Assembly (NCBI GenBank): GCA_053919585.1
Contig: CM132819.1
Length of the DNA stretch: 64,000 nt
Reading direction: 5' to 3' (one strand)
Source: Euprymna scolopes
Lineage: Eukaryota
Shown here: positions 27,311-39,260 of the stretch, in pieces
Numbering within the stretch: position 1 is the first letter of the stretch
Layout: each line of letters starts with the position of its first letter
The notes under the pieces: generated by a model
Database searches by the model: none
What the model was told of the DNA's origin: nothing
The model's input: the letters and a program-made list of their open reading frames with translations, nothing else
Translations under genes and position numbers: made by a program

Positions 27311-28360
27311 TTCTTAACAATAAGGACAGGGGAATGAACAGTCAACTAGGACCGACAAGTCACTAAGGGAGATTATGTTTTTGTATGAATCGACTTGGTC
27401 TAACGCACAAACTGTGATGGGGAAATCGTTTAAACAAATATGTTGGAGGTTCCAGAACACAAAACTGTCAACTAATCCCCTGTTTCTAAAACGCACCTTA
27501 TGTCTTATTTCTTCTTAAGGTGCCTTTCTATAGCTGTTACTTCGTTTATAATAAAAAGAAAGGTGCGTTCATAATTTGGATCTGAAACTATGTTAATTCG
27601 TATTTCTTAGCTTCGCTCGTAAGTGATTATCCTAAATATTATTCGACAAGCACCAATGAATAACGAAAAGTCTCAAAATTAAAAAAGAAAAAAAAACAGC
27701 CAATTATATATAATTACTGAATTTATATCAACACTATATATTTCAAAGCATATATATCTGATAATATTGTCTAAATTGTTTCATATAACAAGCTCAATGC
27801 AGTGGTTTCCGGCTTCAGAGCATAAACCTTACTTCCTATTTATTTACCTTGCCACGAGGAAAAATTTAGACAAAAGATCGGTTTTTAATGTGGGAAAAAT
27901 CCAGCTCCTCCAAGGGAACACTTGATTAAAACAAAAAAATAAAAAATGACATCAATCTTGAAGGACTTCATGAGTTTGGAGCCAATAGAGTTTCGTTTTA
28001 TTTATTTTTAATTAATAGTGCAGTAAACATTGAACCCTCAGACCCAGAAAACTCATTTAGCAGTGATTATTGACTTATACTCTTATCTGCGATGCTACAT
28101 GTCCATGCAAAAAATTTCAAAACGAAAATAGGTTCAGATAAATTATGTTTTATTTTAAGAGCATAATTTATAGAAGATTTAACATCTAGGAAACAAGTTA
28201 GAATTACTGCAAGCTTCTTAATAAGACAGTAAATAGATGTTTTTAATTCTTGCTAATAAAGGATCGGAAGATGGGCAGTCAACTAAGACCGACAAGTCAG
28301 TAGGGGTGACTAAGTTTTTGTAAGCGTCGACGTGGTCTAACGCACAAACTGTAAGGGGGC
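27311..28360 (+). repeat. Dispersed direct repeat pair, about 110 bp (27311-27425 and 28247-28360)
   Basis: Both copies share CAGTCAACTARGACCGACAAGTCA and GGTCTAACGCACAAACTGT. Confidence 0.8.
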
Positions 28361-28689
28361 CAGGAAATCACTTAAACAACTGGCATCTCAGAAACTATGT
28401 TGGATTTTCCAGGCTCAAAGCTTTACAAAAAACCGGATTTGTTAGCAAATGGAAAATGAAATAACTACGGAAAGCCCCTTTAAGAGCATTTACAGAGAAG
28501 ATTAAATCAGAATTTTTACTCGTGAAAATGATCTCAGATTAATAAGTACAGTCTTTTGGAATTTAATAATTTTTATTATTTGGATTATTTAGACTACTGT
28601 TCTAATCTTGGGCGTATCTCAACATTCCAGATTATCACATTACTGAATTTTTGAGATGCGGATTGGATATTTGTAATATTTCGATCTTC

Positions 28690-28763
28690 CGATTACTATT
28701 CTCATCTTGAATTTCATTTTTGCGGCGTTTCAGTCAATGCAATCAACCTTCTTCAGGTGTATC
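28690..28763 (-). mobile_element. Family D Penelope-type hammerhead-like repeat
   Basis: Minus strand reads GATACAC CTGAAGA AGGTTGATTGCATTGACT GAAACG...CAAGATGAGAATAG. Confidence 0.55.
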
Positions 28764-29772
28764 TTGCTTGTAAGATTGCTTGTAAGATGCAAGGATTTAT
28801 AAACGTAAATGTAGATACAATAGAAAACCAGAATCCATCTTTAGAACCATGTAGACTTTCATATGCATCAAGTGTTTGAGAAATTAATGTAGCTTTTACT
28901 GACGAAACAAGCTATCTTGGAAACGACTTATATTACATAGAGCCGACATGTAATGTGGCAGGATGCGGGTGGAAGGGGTGGCTTGTGGCCTTTCGGGAGT
29001 GCATCATAACACGAGCGGTCAGGATTAGGCTGGCAGAATAAAGCGTGAGAAGCCACTAAACGGGAACGGCATGTGTCTGGAGAAATATTGGCACCAGCTT
29101 GCCAGAACGAAAATGGATGTCAGTTGCCGCTGTGCAAACAGAAAAGGATTTAGTGTAGAGACGCGGCTGACGAGTATGGGAGGTTGGAACCCTTCTGCGT
29201 CCAAGCTAACCCAAATGGACCAAGCTAAAACACTCCCCCTGCTTGCAGGCTTTCAAGCCACAATCCTCAAAATGTGTAATTAAATAAGCTGACACAAATC
29301 GGACGGGCAGAGAAGCGGTGTAAAAGGTAATGGACTAAGTTAGAAGTTTGTAACTTTTAGTGGGCTCGATTGGAAATGATATTTGAAAACGATATGCCAA
29401 CACTTCTTAGGGAAATATTAAAATAGAAGAGATATAAATTAGTATACTAACAGAAAAAGACGTCGTAATGAAACTATAAAAGGATGTAAATAAAAAAAAA
29501 ATGAAAAAAGGATTAAAAAGAGACGTTAATGAAAACAATAATAATGAAAAAACAGTAATGAAAGAATAACAGATGGTAATAATAAAAAAGGAACGGTAAT
29601 ATAAAAAACGAGACGGAAACGAAACAAAAAAGAAAACGAGACAGAAACGAAAACAAAAAAAAGCAAATGAGAAATGACGCCCCCACCAAAAAAACGAGGA
29701 AAAAAAAACAAAAAAAAAAAAAAAAACAGAGGCAAACAAAAACAACAAAGGAAGAAAAAACAAAGAAAAAGA

Positions 29773-29940
29773 GAACGAAATTTATACCAAGAAAACGAAA
29801 TTTATACCAAGAAAACGAAATTTATACCAAGAAAACGAAATTTATACCAAGAAAACGAAATTTATACCAAGAAAACGAAATTTATACCAAGAAAACGAAA
29901 TTTTTACCAAGAAAACGAAATTTATACAAAGAAAACGAAA
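29773..29940 (+). repeat. 20-bp minisatellite (GAAAACGAAATTTATACCAA), about 8 copies, in an A-rich low-complexity tract
   Basis: Direct tandem array. Confidence 0.95.
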
Positions 29941-31619
29941 GAAAAAAAAACAAAGAACGAAATTGAAAAAAGAAAATTTAAAGAGGAAAAAATAAAAAGA
30001 GGAATAAAAACGAATGGAGAAGAATATGAAGAAAAATAGAATTAAAAAACCAGTAGTTACGTAATTACAAAATATTTTACTCTGCAACTAAAAAAAAAAA
30101 ACACTAAAGAAAAAAATCCTTGCTCTTAGAAAATTAGTTACAGGTACCCCCCCCCCAAAAAAAAATAAGCTTACAAATTCCCAACTAGCATTCTCCAACC
30201 CCGCCTGCCAATCTATCAACAGTATCAGTTTTAGAAACATGGATAGTTTTCAACTCAAATTACCAGCAAAGAAGATGTTTGCATCTCCAAGAAAAGATGC
30301 AAAGAATTAAGATGTTAGCCTCAATGCCCTCCGTTCTTAACCATTCTTAAAAGTCGACGAAAATAAACGCCTTGACAAACAATTTAGTTTTTGACATCTT
30401 TCTTCTGCTCGACGCTGCATTATTTAGAATTCTTTAGAAATGTTCGACATTTGTAGCCATTTAAAGTTGGCTTGTAATCGACTTGAAGATGACACACTAT
30501 TTTGTAGGAATTCGTTTAACAATCTTTTTGAACAGCCGATTTGTTTTTCTTTGCAACAACTTTCCATATATAAAATCAAGTATTAAGAGCAGAGAGACGC
30601 AATCAAATAAGTATAGTTGATATATGAAAATGTAAACTATAGTGCGTCCGTAATAATATATACAACATGATAAATTAAAAAGTTGACATTTCTATTTGTG
30701 TGTAGACAAAGAGTCAGAGATAATCCAGAGTTGATCGATGACGTCATGCTTAATTACGCCATCTGCAGATTTTCTAACACCCATTTCCACAGATCACAAA
30801 ACGATGACGTAATTTAGCGTGCAGGGGACAAAACACCACCCAAAAGAGTTTAATAATATACAGATATATTAGACTTAACTGTATAAATAAATGCGCTATA
30901 TATAAGTGAACGTGTCTGTCTGTGTGTTTGTGTACATTTCCCTACGCAATAACTGTCAATTTCTAGTCTACAGACTCGAAATTTAGTATACAGGGTACTG
31001 AGATTTGGGAAAAGCTTTGTAACTCGTTTTCGACCAGAAACTTGGCTGGAGAATATTTATCAACTGGGTCAAGAAAGAATCTACTTATACAAAAATGCAA
31101 TAGAAGCCAACAACAATTAATATAGTTTGGAGATAGTTCTTCTGTAACTATAAATATTGACGTGAATAAAGATATTGTTGGGGGTACGAGATATTCTTAT
31201 GTATGGACAACAGGGTTTTTTTCGGCTTGAATTATATTATTGTTGTTGATTGCATATTTATTATAGTTTTATTCTTTATAAAAAAGATTTTCAGGATATA
31301 GCTTATATGGTGGAAATTTGACTTATTTTCTTAAAAAATGTATTTTATTCAATTTCTTTTATACAATTAAATGCAATTCAAAAGTATTTTGCTGTAGTAA
31401 TATAATGACTAGGGCTGTGGCGAGAGGATATCTTATTGTTTTGATTCTCAAGACGGACAATCAATCGAGAACAACATCACTATCTAAAAACATAGGATAT
31501 TAACCAATATATACTCGAGAGTCAAAATATTTTGTTATAGGCCTAATAATGACCGACAAACCAATATATGCAGCAGTAGTATGCGATATATATATATCAG
31601 TCTCTTTAAGAGACTTGTT

Positions 31620-31910
31620 TCTATCACCGAGCACTTTCAGTTGTAATAAAGTCGGTCAACTTAGCTCATATGTGCAGATCGTCATATAATTACATCACCG
31701 ACTTACGTTAAAAATATTTAATAAGAATTACTGTTTAAATTTCAACTGTATTTCTTGCGGTTGACGGGTCCTTGCTAATGAAGCCAGAGATGACCTACTG
31801 ACGGGGGTCGAATCTCTCGACTGGCATTAATCGTGACACCCTGCACTAATGATTCACGAAAGGGTGAAACACTAGTGTCTGTAGATATTTATTAATTATT
31901 ATAGTAAATA
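31620..31910 (+). mobile_element. ~290-bp SINE/retrozyme-like element (family C) ending in a hammerhead with a mutated core
   Basis: Similar along its length to 59740-60050; B box GGGTCGAATCTC at about 31805; CTGCA CTAATGA TTCACGAAAGGGT GAAA CACTAGTG TC TGTAG at 31841-31884. Confidence 0.7.
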
Positions 31911-31992
31911 TATACTTTTTAATTTTCTTCCTTTGAAAATTGTAATGCTGGGTATGGAGAAGCCAAAGCCGCTGCAAACATTGCCTTGCTTT

Positions 31993-32544
31993 TTATTGAA
32001 ACCAACCGTGAGCTGTTTTTAGTATCTTCCCTATTCCCTTAAGTGCAATTGTCTGGATCTTTTTTGCACTTTGTTCACCAAGAATATTAGTTAGGTAGAA
32101 TTTCATGTTTTTCTTCATAAGCCCTGTAGCACCTATAATAACTGATATGATTCATATCTCCCTAAGATTCCAGTTTCTTTTCATATCATACATGAGATCT
32201 TGATATTTGGTCTGTTTCTCACTTTCAGCTCTGTTCAGACCTACACTTACTTCAACCAAGGTTGCCACTCTTTCTGACTTATTCCATATAACTATGTCAA
32301 GTTTGATAGCAGCATTTTCAAGGTAGGTGGCTGTAGGGATTACATGATCATAATATATGGTATATAAGTCATTTCCAGCTGTTCTTTCAGGTTGATGTTC
32401 CCAGGACTTGCTGCCACACTGGATGATTAATTTTTTACAGATGGTCCAGTGGAGGTACTTACATACTCCATCATGTCTCGCTGTGTAGTAGTCGTCCCCT
32501 AAAAGAACGTTGACACTTGATACCTGATAACTCATCCTTTTCAT
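31993..32544 (-). mobile_element. 3' fragment of an RLE-type non-LTR retrotransposon (R4/Dong/NeSL-like), pseudogenised
   Basis: YTARHDGVCKYLHW, (P>L)DIVIWNK..VEVSV, EK.TKYQDL, then past one in-frame stop IISVIIGATG...IQTIALKG; restriction-like endonuclease C-terminus. Confidence 0.85.
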
Positions 32545-33227
32545 ATTAATGGACTAAATTATGATGAATAAAAATCTGCATGATTTATTGAATCGTGTAA
32601 TGTTCACAACAGGAGTTAAATAATATTTTTTCCCTTCATCCATGGAGTTTCGAAAATGTATACTGTTCTCAGAGAAAATGAATTGCAAAGTAAAGTAAAA
32701 GAAATATCTTAGTATAAAGTTTGAAAACAATTTATTGTAGTTATAAATAATGATCGCAGGGGTAGGAGGAATGCATATAATTTGAATTTAAAAGCAATGT
32801 TCAATGTATTGATCTCAATTCATTTCCAAAACTAAACTAAAATTTCTTACAACTTCTTGAAGTCTTAGAGAGTGTACCTCATGAAAATAAATTAAAGTTG
32901 CTTTTGACGCTTCCAATGGCAGAATAGAAACCATATTCTGCTTTTGAACAGCTGATGTTCAATGTCAAGTTTTATTCGTCATTATTGAAATTTTTTCAGA
33001 TAATAATGTGCTATCTAGAACATTAAGCATTATTATCAAGATGGAATCTGAATGAGAATATTGATATTTTCATTTTTGCAATAATATAATATACATTCTA
33101 TACACATATCTATAGAGCTAATTAATCGTAGCAGATCCGATTGAACAGTGTAAGCTTGTGTGTTCAATCTTAGCTATCGCTACTCACATTTTCTATTTAT
33201 TCTTTTTTGGACTTTTGAATATTTAAT

Positions 33228-33256
33228 CCCGGGCAACGCCAAGTAGAGACAGCTAG
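33228..33256 (+). mobile_element. Helitron-type 3' terminus (GC hairpin plus CTAG)
   Basis: CCCGGGCAACGCCAAGTAGAGACAGCTAG; related ends near 2689-2715, 45465-45487, 48094-48121, 48468-48493 and 54805-54830. Confidence 0.55.
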
Positions 33257-34087
33257 CATATTAGTTTTAATGTAATTCAGAGCACTTTGATAAAATATAT
33301 TTAGCATTATATGTTAGCCACTATTGCATGAAGAATATATCAATTATAATGAGAGAATACGTGCTAATTATACTCTAATTAAGGAAGTGATATATAGTCG
33401 TTGGAATGGCATGAAATACGATCACACGTAACGCATGGATAGTTAAATTGGTTACTTTAAAATGGGATTATTGATTAAGATAAAGGACGCCCAAAGCGGA
33501 ATATTAATTACATGAATGTTATCTTGTGATCTATATATAAAATCAATGTTTGATTGTGTGTAATAAAAACTGACAACAAAATATTCAAGAACATTTCAAT
33601 ACAATCAAGTTTTTCAGAATATAAAGACGGTATTAAAATCGTCTTAGGATTCCATCTGGCCTCATTAAGGACAATTATCGGTTTGATAGATGAAATTAAT
33701 CAAATATTAGAATGTAAAGAAAGAAAATTAATTTATTAAAAGGAGGTTTTAAAATCTAACAAAAATATTTCAATGAAGGATATTATTAAAAACGGTTTAA
33801 ATATTTAAATAATTATTTTTATTGCTATTTTTAAGAATTAAAATATAAAAATCTTTGCATGCGTCTGCAAGTAACATTCATTTTGTTATAAGAACATTGC
33901 ACTAACAATTTTTGGTGTTACTAGACCACATGCACCATCACATTGCATCACAGATGTTTTCTCTGCTTAAAAGAAAACAAAAATAGTTATATAGAATTAT
34001 GTTTTTGAATTTTTAAGGAGGAGGTGATTATTCAGACTATTGCTTTCATCTTCAGTGTTATTTGCATAACTTTTCGATCGGTATAAC

Positions 34088-34498
34088 TAGTGATGAGACG
34101 ATTCCAATATTTTTTCCGATTCCGATAAAATTACTGATTCCGTACTAAATTCTCGATTCCAATTTTTTATAAATATTCCAATATTTAACTATAAAAATAT
34201 TATCTTGTCTCGATTACTGTAAAAACACATCTTAAATGTGCATATATTTTCTCAAACGTAAAAACGCACTTGTGTGGAGATTATATAGAGATTTTAGTAT
34301 TACTGGAAGTTTAAATCAATATTATTTTATTATTACTAAAAGCAGTGGAAGATGTTTCTGAAACCAAAATCAAACAAAAAAGATAATTAAAGGAATCAGT
34401 TTTGGCATCGGAAAATAGGCGCAATTTTTTCCGATTCCGATACCCCAAAAAGTTCCGATTTTTCCGATTCCTAATTTCGATTAATCATACTAACACTA
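34088..34498. mobile_element. Non-autonomous hAT-like MITE nested in a family D element
   Basis: Ends TAGTGATG...CTAACACTA; 8-bp imperfect TSD GGTATAAC/GATATGAC; many subterminal CCGATTCC repeats. Confidence 0.7.
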
Positions 34499-36528
34499 GA
34501 TATGACCTCTGACCTTCCCCAGGAGTACCTTATTGAATGCGGAGTACGCACGGAATTTTAAATGAAACCCATTATTTATTCTGAATAGCAATTATTTATT
34601 AACAGAGGTAGATTGCTCTTATTCCGTCTGACCTCTACCTGCATCTGGCTGGCGAAAAAAAGACGATGCTACTCTGGTGGATTCAATAAAGTTTTCAGTT
34701 AAAAATTCTGAAGATTCACGAGCTGGAGAAGGTAGCTGAAACGTGTGAATAATACTTAGATGAGAACAAATACTCAAATTTATATGGTGTTAATGAGTAA
34801 GAGCAGGAGTTTGTTTCACAGACAATAATAAAATATGTTTTTATAGTAAATAAAAATGTTACTCTTTTAAAAATATTTCTGTACGGCAGAAATAAAGGTG
34901 AAATGCTTTTCATTTTAATCTTCAAATAATCAATCTTTGTATGCACTGATAATCAGAAACAAATAGATTAAGAAAATTAAAAAGGGTAAAATTCTGGAAT
35001 ATCGAATGGTCGATAGAATGGAAATCTAATTGAAACGAATATCAAATTAATAACTTCAACGAGAAAACAATGTTTAGTGTCGACTTGCAGAAAGCAGACA
35101 TTTTTGGTATCTGGATTCTTGGCATGAAAGAAAAAATATTTGGTAATTTCATTTAAGATTTATCAAGATGGAATATCTTAAGAGGGAAATAATTCTCGGA
35201 ATACCGAGAACGTGTGAAATATTTGTTTCTGCAAAGGTTTAAATGTTAACAAGGATCAGGAACTTCTTAAAGGCAGTGACCAACAAATTTCACCTTCAGA
35301 CAAAGAGCAATTTTATTGAATTCATTTGGATATTTTTTTCTACGTACGTAAATCTGTCTGTTTTATCCAGGAAATCTTCCTAGGAAATTCAAGATAAACT
35401 ATCATCAACTCTATAAGAAAGACCAAGGAGTACTTTTATATTAATAAAAATGTGGCACTATATCAGTGCTGCTGTTCTGGTAGTTGCTTACGCACCCTCC
35501 CCCTGCATGGCCAGGTGGTGATTTGGCCGTAGGCGGAGGAATACACAGAAATGAAGCCCTATAATTCTCTTTCTTTTATCGACCTCTTTCTGTCCGGACG
35601 GTCATGAGGTGAGCACGCATATTTCTGTCTCTCCATAAATGAGGGGGTAGGGGCCTCTCCCTCAACACTAGTTAGGATAGGTTAGTTTTGAAGAGCCTAT
35701 TGTCTAGTTTTAATTGTAAAAATTAATTATAATTTCTTTATTGTATTGTAATATATATTTTTGTAAAATAAATAGTTAAGATTAAATAATATATATTATA
35801 ATTGTGTCGCGTGTCGTTTTTTTTGTGTCTGTCATAAATGTCTTTGTTAAAGAATGAGGCGGCCCTGAGGAAAAGGAAGATTTCAACCCGAATGCAACCA
35901 AAGGTCAAGACGTTTTCCTGGGGAAAGGAGCCACACAGCCACATCAAACACTTCAGGTATGATTTTTCTCTTGATACTCCGACCTTAATGACTGACCCAT
36001 CTTCACATAATCCTGGGACCGTTTCTGAGACATAATGTATGTGTGACACGTGAGTGGGTCACGAACCAGTGATCGGCTGATCGTGTTATAAAAATATCAG
36101 TCCTATCATAGAAATTAGCATGTAGAAACATACGTTTTTGGTCCCCGAACCAAACCGCTTCAAATAATGGGGAGAAACAAGGAAGAAAATAACAATCCAG
36201 ACAAATTCTGATATTCTTATATTGCAAGTATGCAAAGGCTTATGACATATTGAGAAAATCAACCCTGTTGTTTTAATCTGGAACCAACACGGGATGATCG
36301 CAGTTGTGAAAAGGAAGTTAATATCACCATGAACTGACAAGATAGTAGTTCATGTTTAAGTTTCGTTGGATCCATTGCTGCCACAATGAAGCTTTCCCTC
36401 TGTTCATGCAGAGAAACCAATGCCAACAATTCATATTCATATGAAATTACGTTTTTAGCATCAAAATGAAGACAAAGATTAAAACCAAAGAATATTTCCT
36501 GCTTAAATGTGATCAAAACTGAACCTAC

Positions 36529-36653
36529 CTGAAGCATCAGTGACAACTGTTATGTTGACGCCACGTAGTTGTTTACTGACTTGTGACACTCCATTCTCAG
36601 CTAAAATTTGAATAATGTACTCTTCACTTGGAATAAGGCCAGTCAAAGTAACA
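36529..36653 (-). CDS. Eph: Eph receptor exon: second half of FN3 domain 1 (SVTLTGLIPSEEYIIQILAENGVSQVSKQLRGVNITVVTDAS)
   Basis: CTTTGCAG acceptor, CAG|GTAGGT donor; 125 bp, phase 2/1; A.NGVS motif of Eph FN3a. Confidence 0.95.
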
Positions 36654-37511
36654 CTGCAAAGAGAAATTCAAAGGAAAATATTTCTGAATTAACTATTTTC
36701 CAAAATAGGAAATCGTATCTCAAACTAAACTAAAAATAAATAATTTGAAGAATTTTAAAACGTTCTGATAATATAGACATTATATTGAACAGTTTAAGAA
36801 GGGTCAAAACTAATGATCAGGTTTATGTAGACTAAAAAAAGACTGGAGAAAATATTAGTTTCGTGTATACCATTTAGCTTTGTGAGAAAGATGACCTATT
36901 TAGCATTTGTAAGGGCATTTACATAGAAATAAAAAAACTGTAAAGGTAGTATCTGCTTGGAATATTAAGATATCTCGAATTTTCTTGTTTATTGAGCAAA
37001 GATATTGTATTGAACAGTGTATGAAGAGTCCAGGGTATTTTAATCACAAGAGTATAAATGATCAAAACTAATAAAATATGTTTTGGGGATCAGTGAACCA
37101 AGCAAAAGAGATAACAATCTTATACAGTTTTTAATTAATGGACATTCTCCAAAAGGTAATTATGACGAAGAATTTGGGGGTTTTATTTAAGTGGAAGTTT
37201 GAAATTCCTGGCATCTATATTGAAGATTTTGTATTGCGCTGACGATATATTATATTTGAAAATAGATTGCTAGGATATAAGGAGAATCAGAATTTATAAT
37301 TTTCTAGTACATTTGTATGATTAAAATAAATGCTGCTTTGAAAAGTTATGTGCTGGTGTATGCTTTTAATTTGAAAAAATGTTTAGAATTTTAAAACTAT
37401 CTCTCATATATATATTAATTCTTTGGAATATAAAGTAATATAATAGGTATATATTTTTAGTATGTAGTTCAAGAGTAGCATAAACGTATCCCCATACTAT
37501 AAATGTGTGTG

Positions 37512-37579
<68 letters not shown>

Positions 37580-37685
37580 ATGTGTGTGTTAGAGAATACA
37601 TGTACAAGTTTCTCATCCTCTACTACCATGATCTGCATAAGCGTTCAATACATTTGCATATAGGTGGAAGAATAAGTGGAAGTAC

Positions 37686-37866
37686 CTGTTGTTAACAAAT
37701 CCTTTTATTTGTGGATAATACTTCACATGCTTGTCACATTTGGGACAATTCACGCGATAACTGAGGTCGGTCCGGCCTCCATTGCTTTCAGGTCGACGCC
37801 AGGACAAACTCACAGAGGTCGTATTTACTTTTATAATACGTAGCTCTTGTGGGGGAGATGGAGGTT
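37686..37866 (-). CDS. Eph: Eph receptor exon: first half of FN3 domain 1 (QPPSPPQELRIIKVNTTSVSLSWRRPESNGGRTDLSYRVNCPKCDKHVKYYPQIKGFVNN)
   Basis: TTTTTCAG acceptor, AG|GTACTT donor; 181 bp, phase 1/2; Eph-type PPS.P...W..P...GGR.D..Y...C motif; in frame with the previous exon. Confidence 0.95.
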
Positions 37867-38769
37867 CTGAAAAAGGAAAAAGAAAAGAAAAAAATTGTAA
37901 AGTTTCATTTCATTTTGTCAAAGTTTGCTTTAAATCTAAATTACATACATGTGCTTTACCAAAAAAAAAAAATAAATAAATAAATAAAATAAATGAATAA
38001 AAAAAATAATATTAATCAAATTCTTGGTATTCCTCGGTAAGAGAGCTTCAGTTGGTCAGTAATAATTCTCTTTGATTATTTAATAACATTTTCTTTACTT
38101 GTATTTACTCCAAACAAAGTACATAAGACATAAGAGCTTACTATGAATTAGGGACCAGATTTATTGGGACACTAAATGTGGGGAGTTGTGCAACGAGATT
38201 TAACGTCAAATTTTTGCATGTGAATATTCAAATTTGTACAATTGAAGAAACAAAGCAAAGAAGGAAATTACAAAGGCAAGCAATTTGAAAATAGAAACTA
38301 TCTGACATCTGTGAACACAGTAAAGGGGTGAGATTTTGCTGACTTGAGGAGAGAATAGTAAAGAATAGTAAAGCGATTTCGTTTGAACTAATACCACTGA
38401 ATTAGTTGTAAAAAAAAACCAAAAAAACCTGATGAAATGGAACTGAAGCTGGGGCTTAGTACACAATGCGAGACCTATAAGATTAAAGATATTTTTGGGG
38501 GGGAGGGTCATATCTAAGAGGATAGTGGTTGGTGCACCAGCGCAGATGTAGCAATTTTATGGGGGACTAGTGATCTTGTAGAGATGTAGGGCACTGGTGG
38601 GAAATTTTCTAGTATAGTTGGATGACAAATAAATTCACTTTACTGGTAATAATATATTTTAACAAAAATATATTTAAAAATATGAATAAGATCGTTTAAA
38701 AAATTTGATTTAAATAATATCTGACTGTCGTTAGTTATTCAGATATCATTAAGGATCATCCCATTATAA

Positions 38770-39260
38770 TCATAATTATTTCAATGTCTGTTTTACATGT
38801 TGGCAAGTGTTTGGCAGCATCTAGAAACTGACCACGAAAATAAGCTGTCTTTGGCAAATTATTTAGCCCTCTTTCTCTCAAGTACATCGTTCTTACTTCT
38901 TCACATGTTTTTCTTGCCCCATGACACCCCCAACTGATCCAACTCCCTTAATTCTCTATCAATCCTTTCAGTGTGACCATACTATTAAAGGCTCCTGTTC
39001 TACACACATCTGTCCATATTGTCCAAATGTAGTTTTCCTCTAAACTCGTCAGATATAAGGATGTCTTTAATCGCATTATACAGTCACATTATCATTTTCA
39101 CGTTTATTTATTTATTTTTTCATACAATTCACGTCCTCAAATTAGTGACCAGGTTTCGCTGTTATACACGCTGAATACACATGCCAGATTGACTCTTCAC
39201 TTAGTCGACCCTGAAAACGCATCACTAGAACCTCATAAAAAATATGGAAAAATGTAGCAA
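38770..39260 (-). mobile_element. Decayed RTE-clade LINE fragment
   Basis: AGTGACCAGGTTTCGCTGTTATACACGCTGAATACAC matches about 44203-44247; 3' tail GTCTGTTTTACATG is shared with other copies. Confidence 0.55.

Noticed and set aside
28899-28950. CTGACGA...GAAAC hammerhead-like motif
   Set aside because: Stems I and III cannot be formed convincingly and there is no related copy in the window.
35480-36250. GC-richer block with short ORFs and a small hairpin (possible gene or HDV-like ribozyme)
   Set aside because: No recognisable protein and no nested double pseudoknot could be built; probably an unclassified retroelement remnant.
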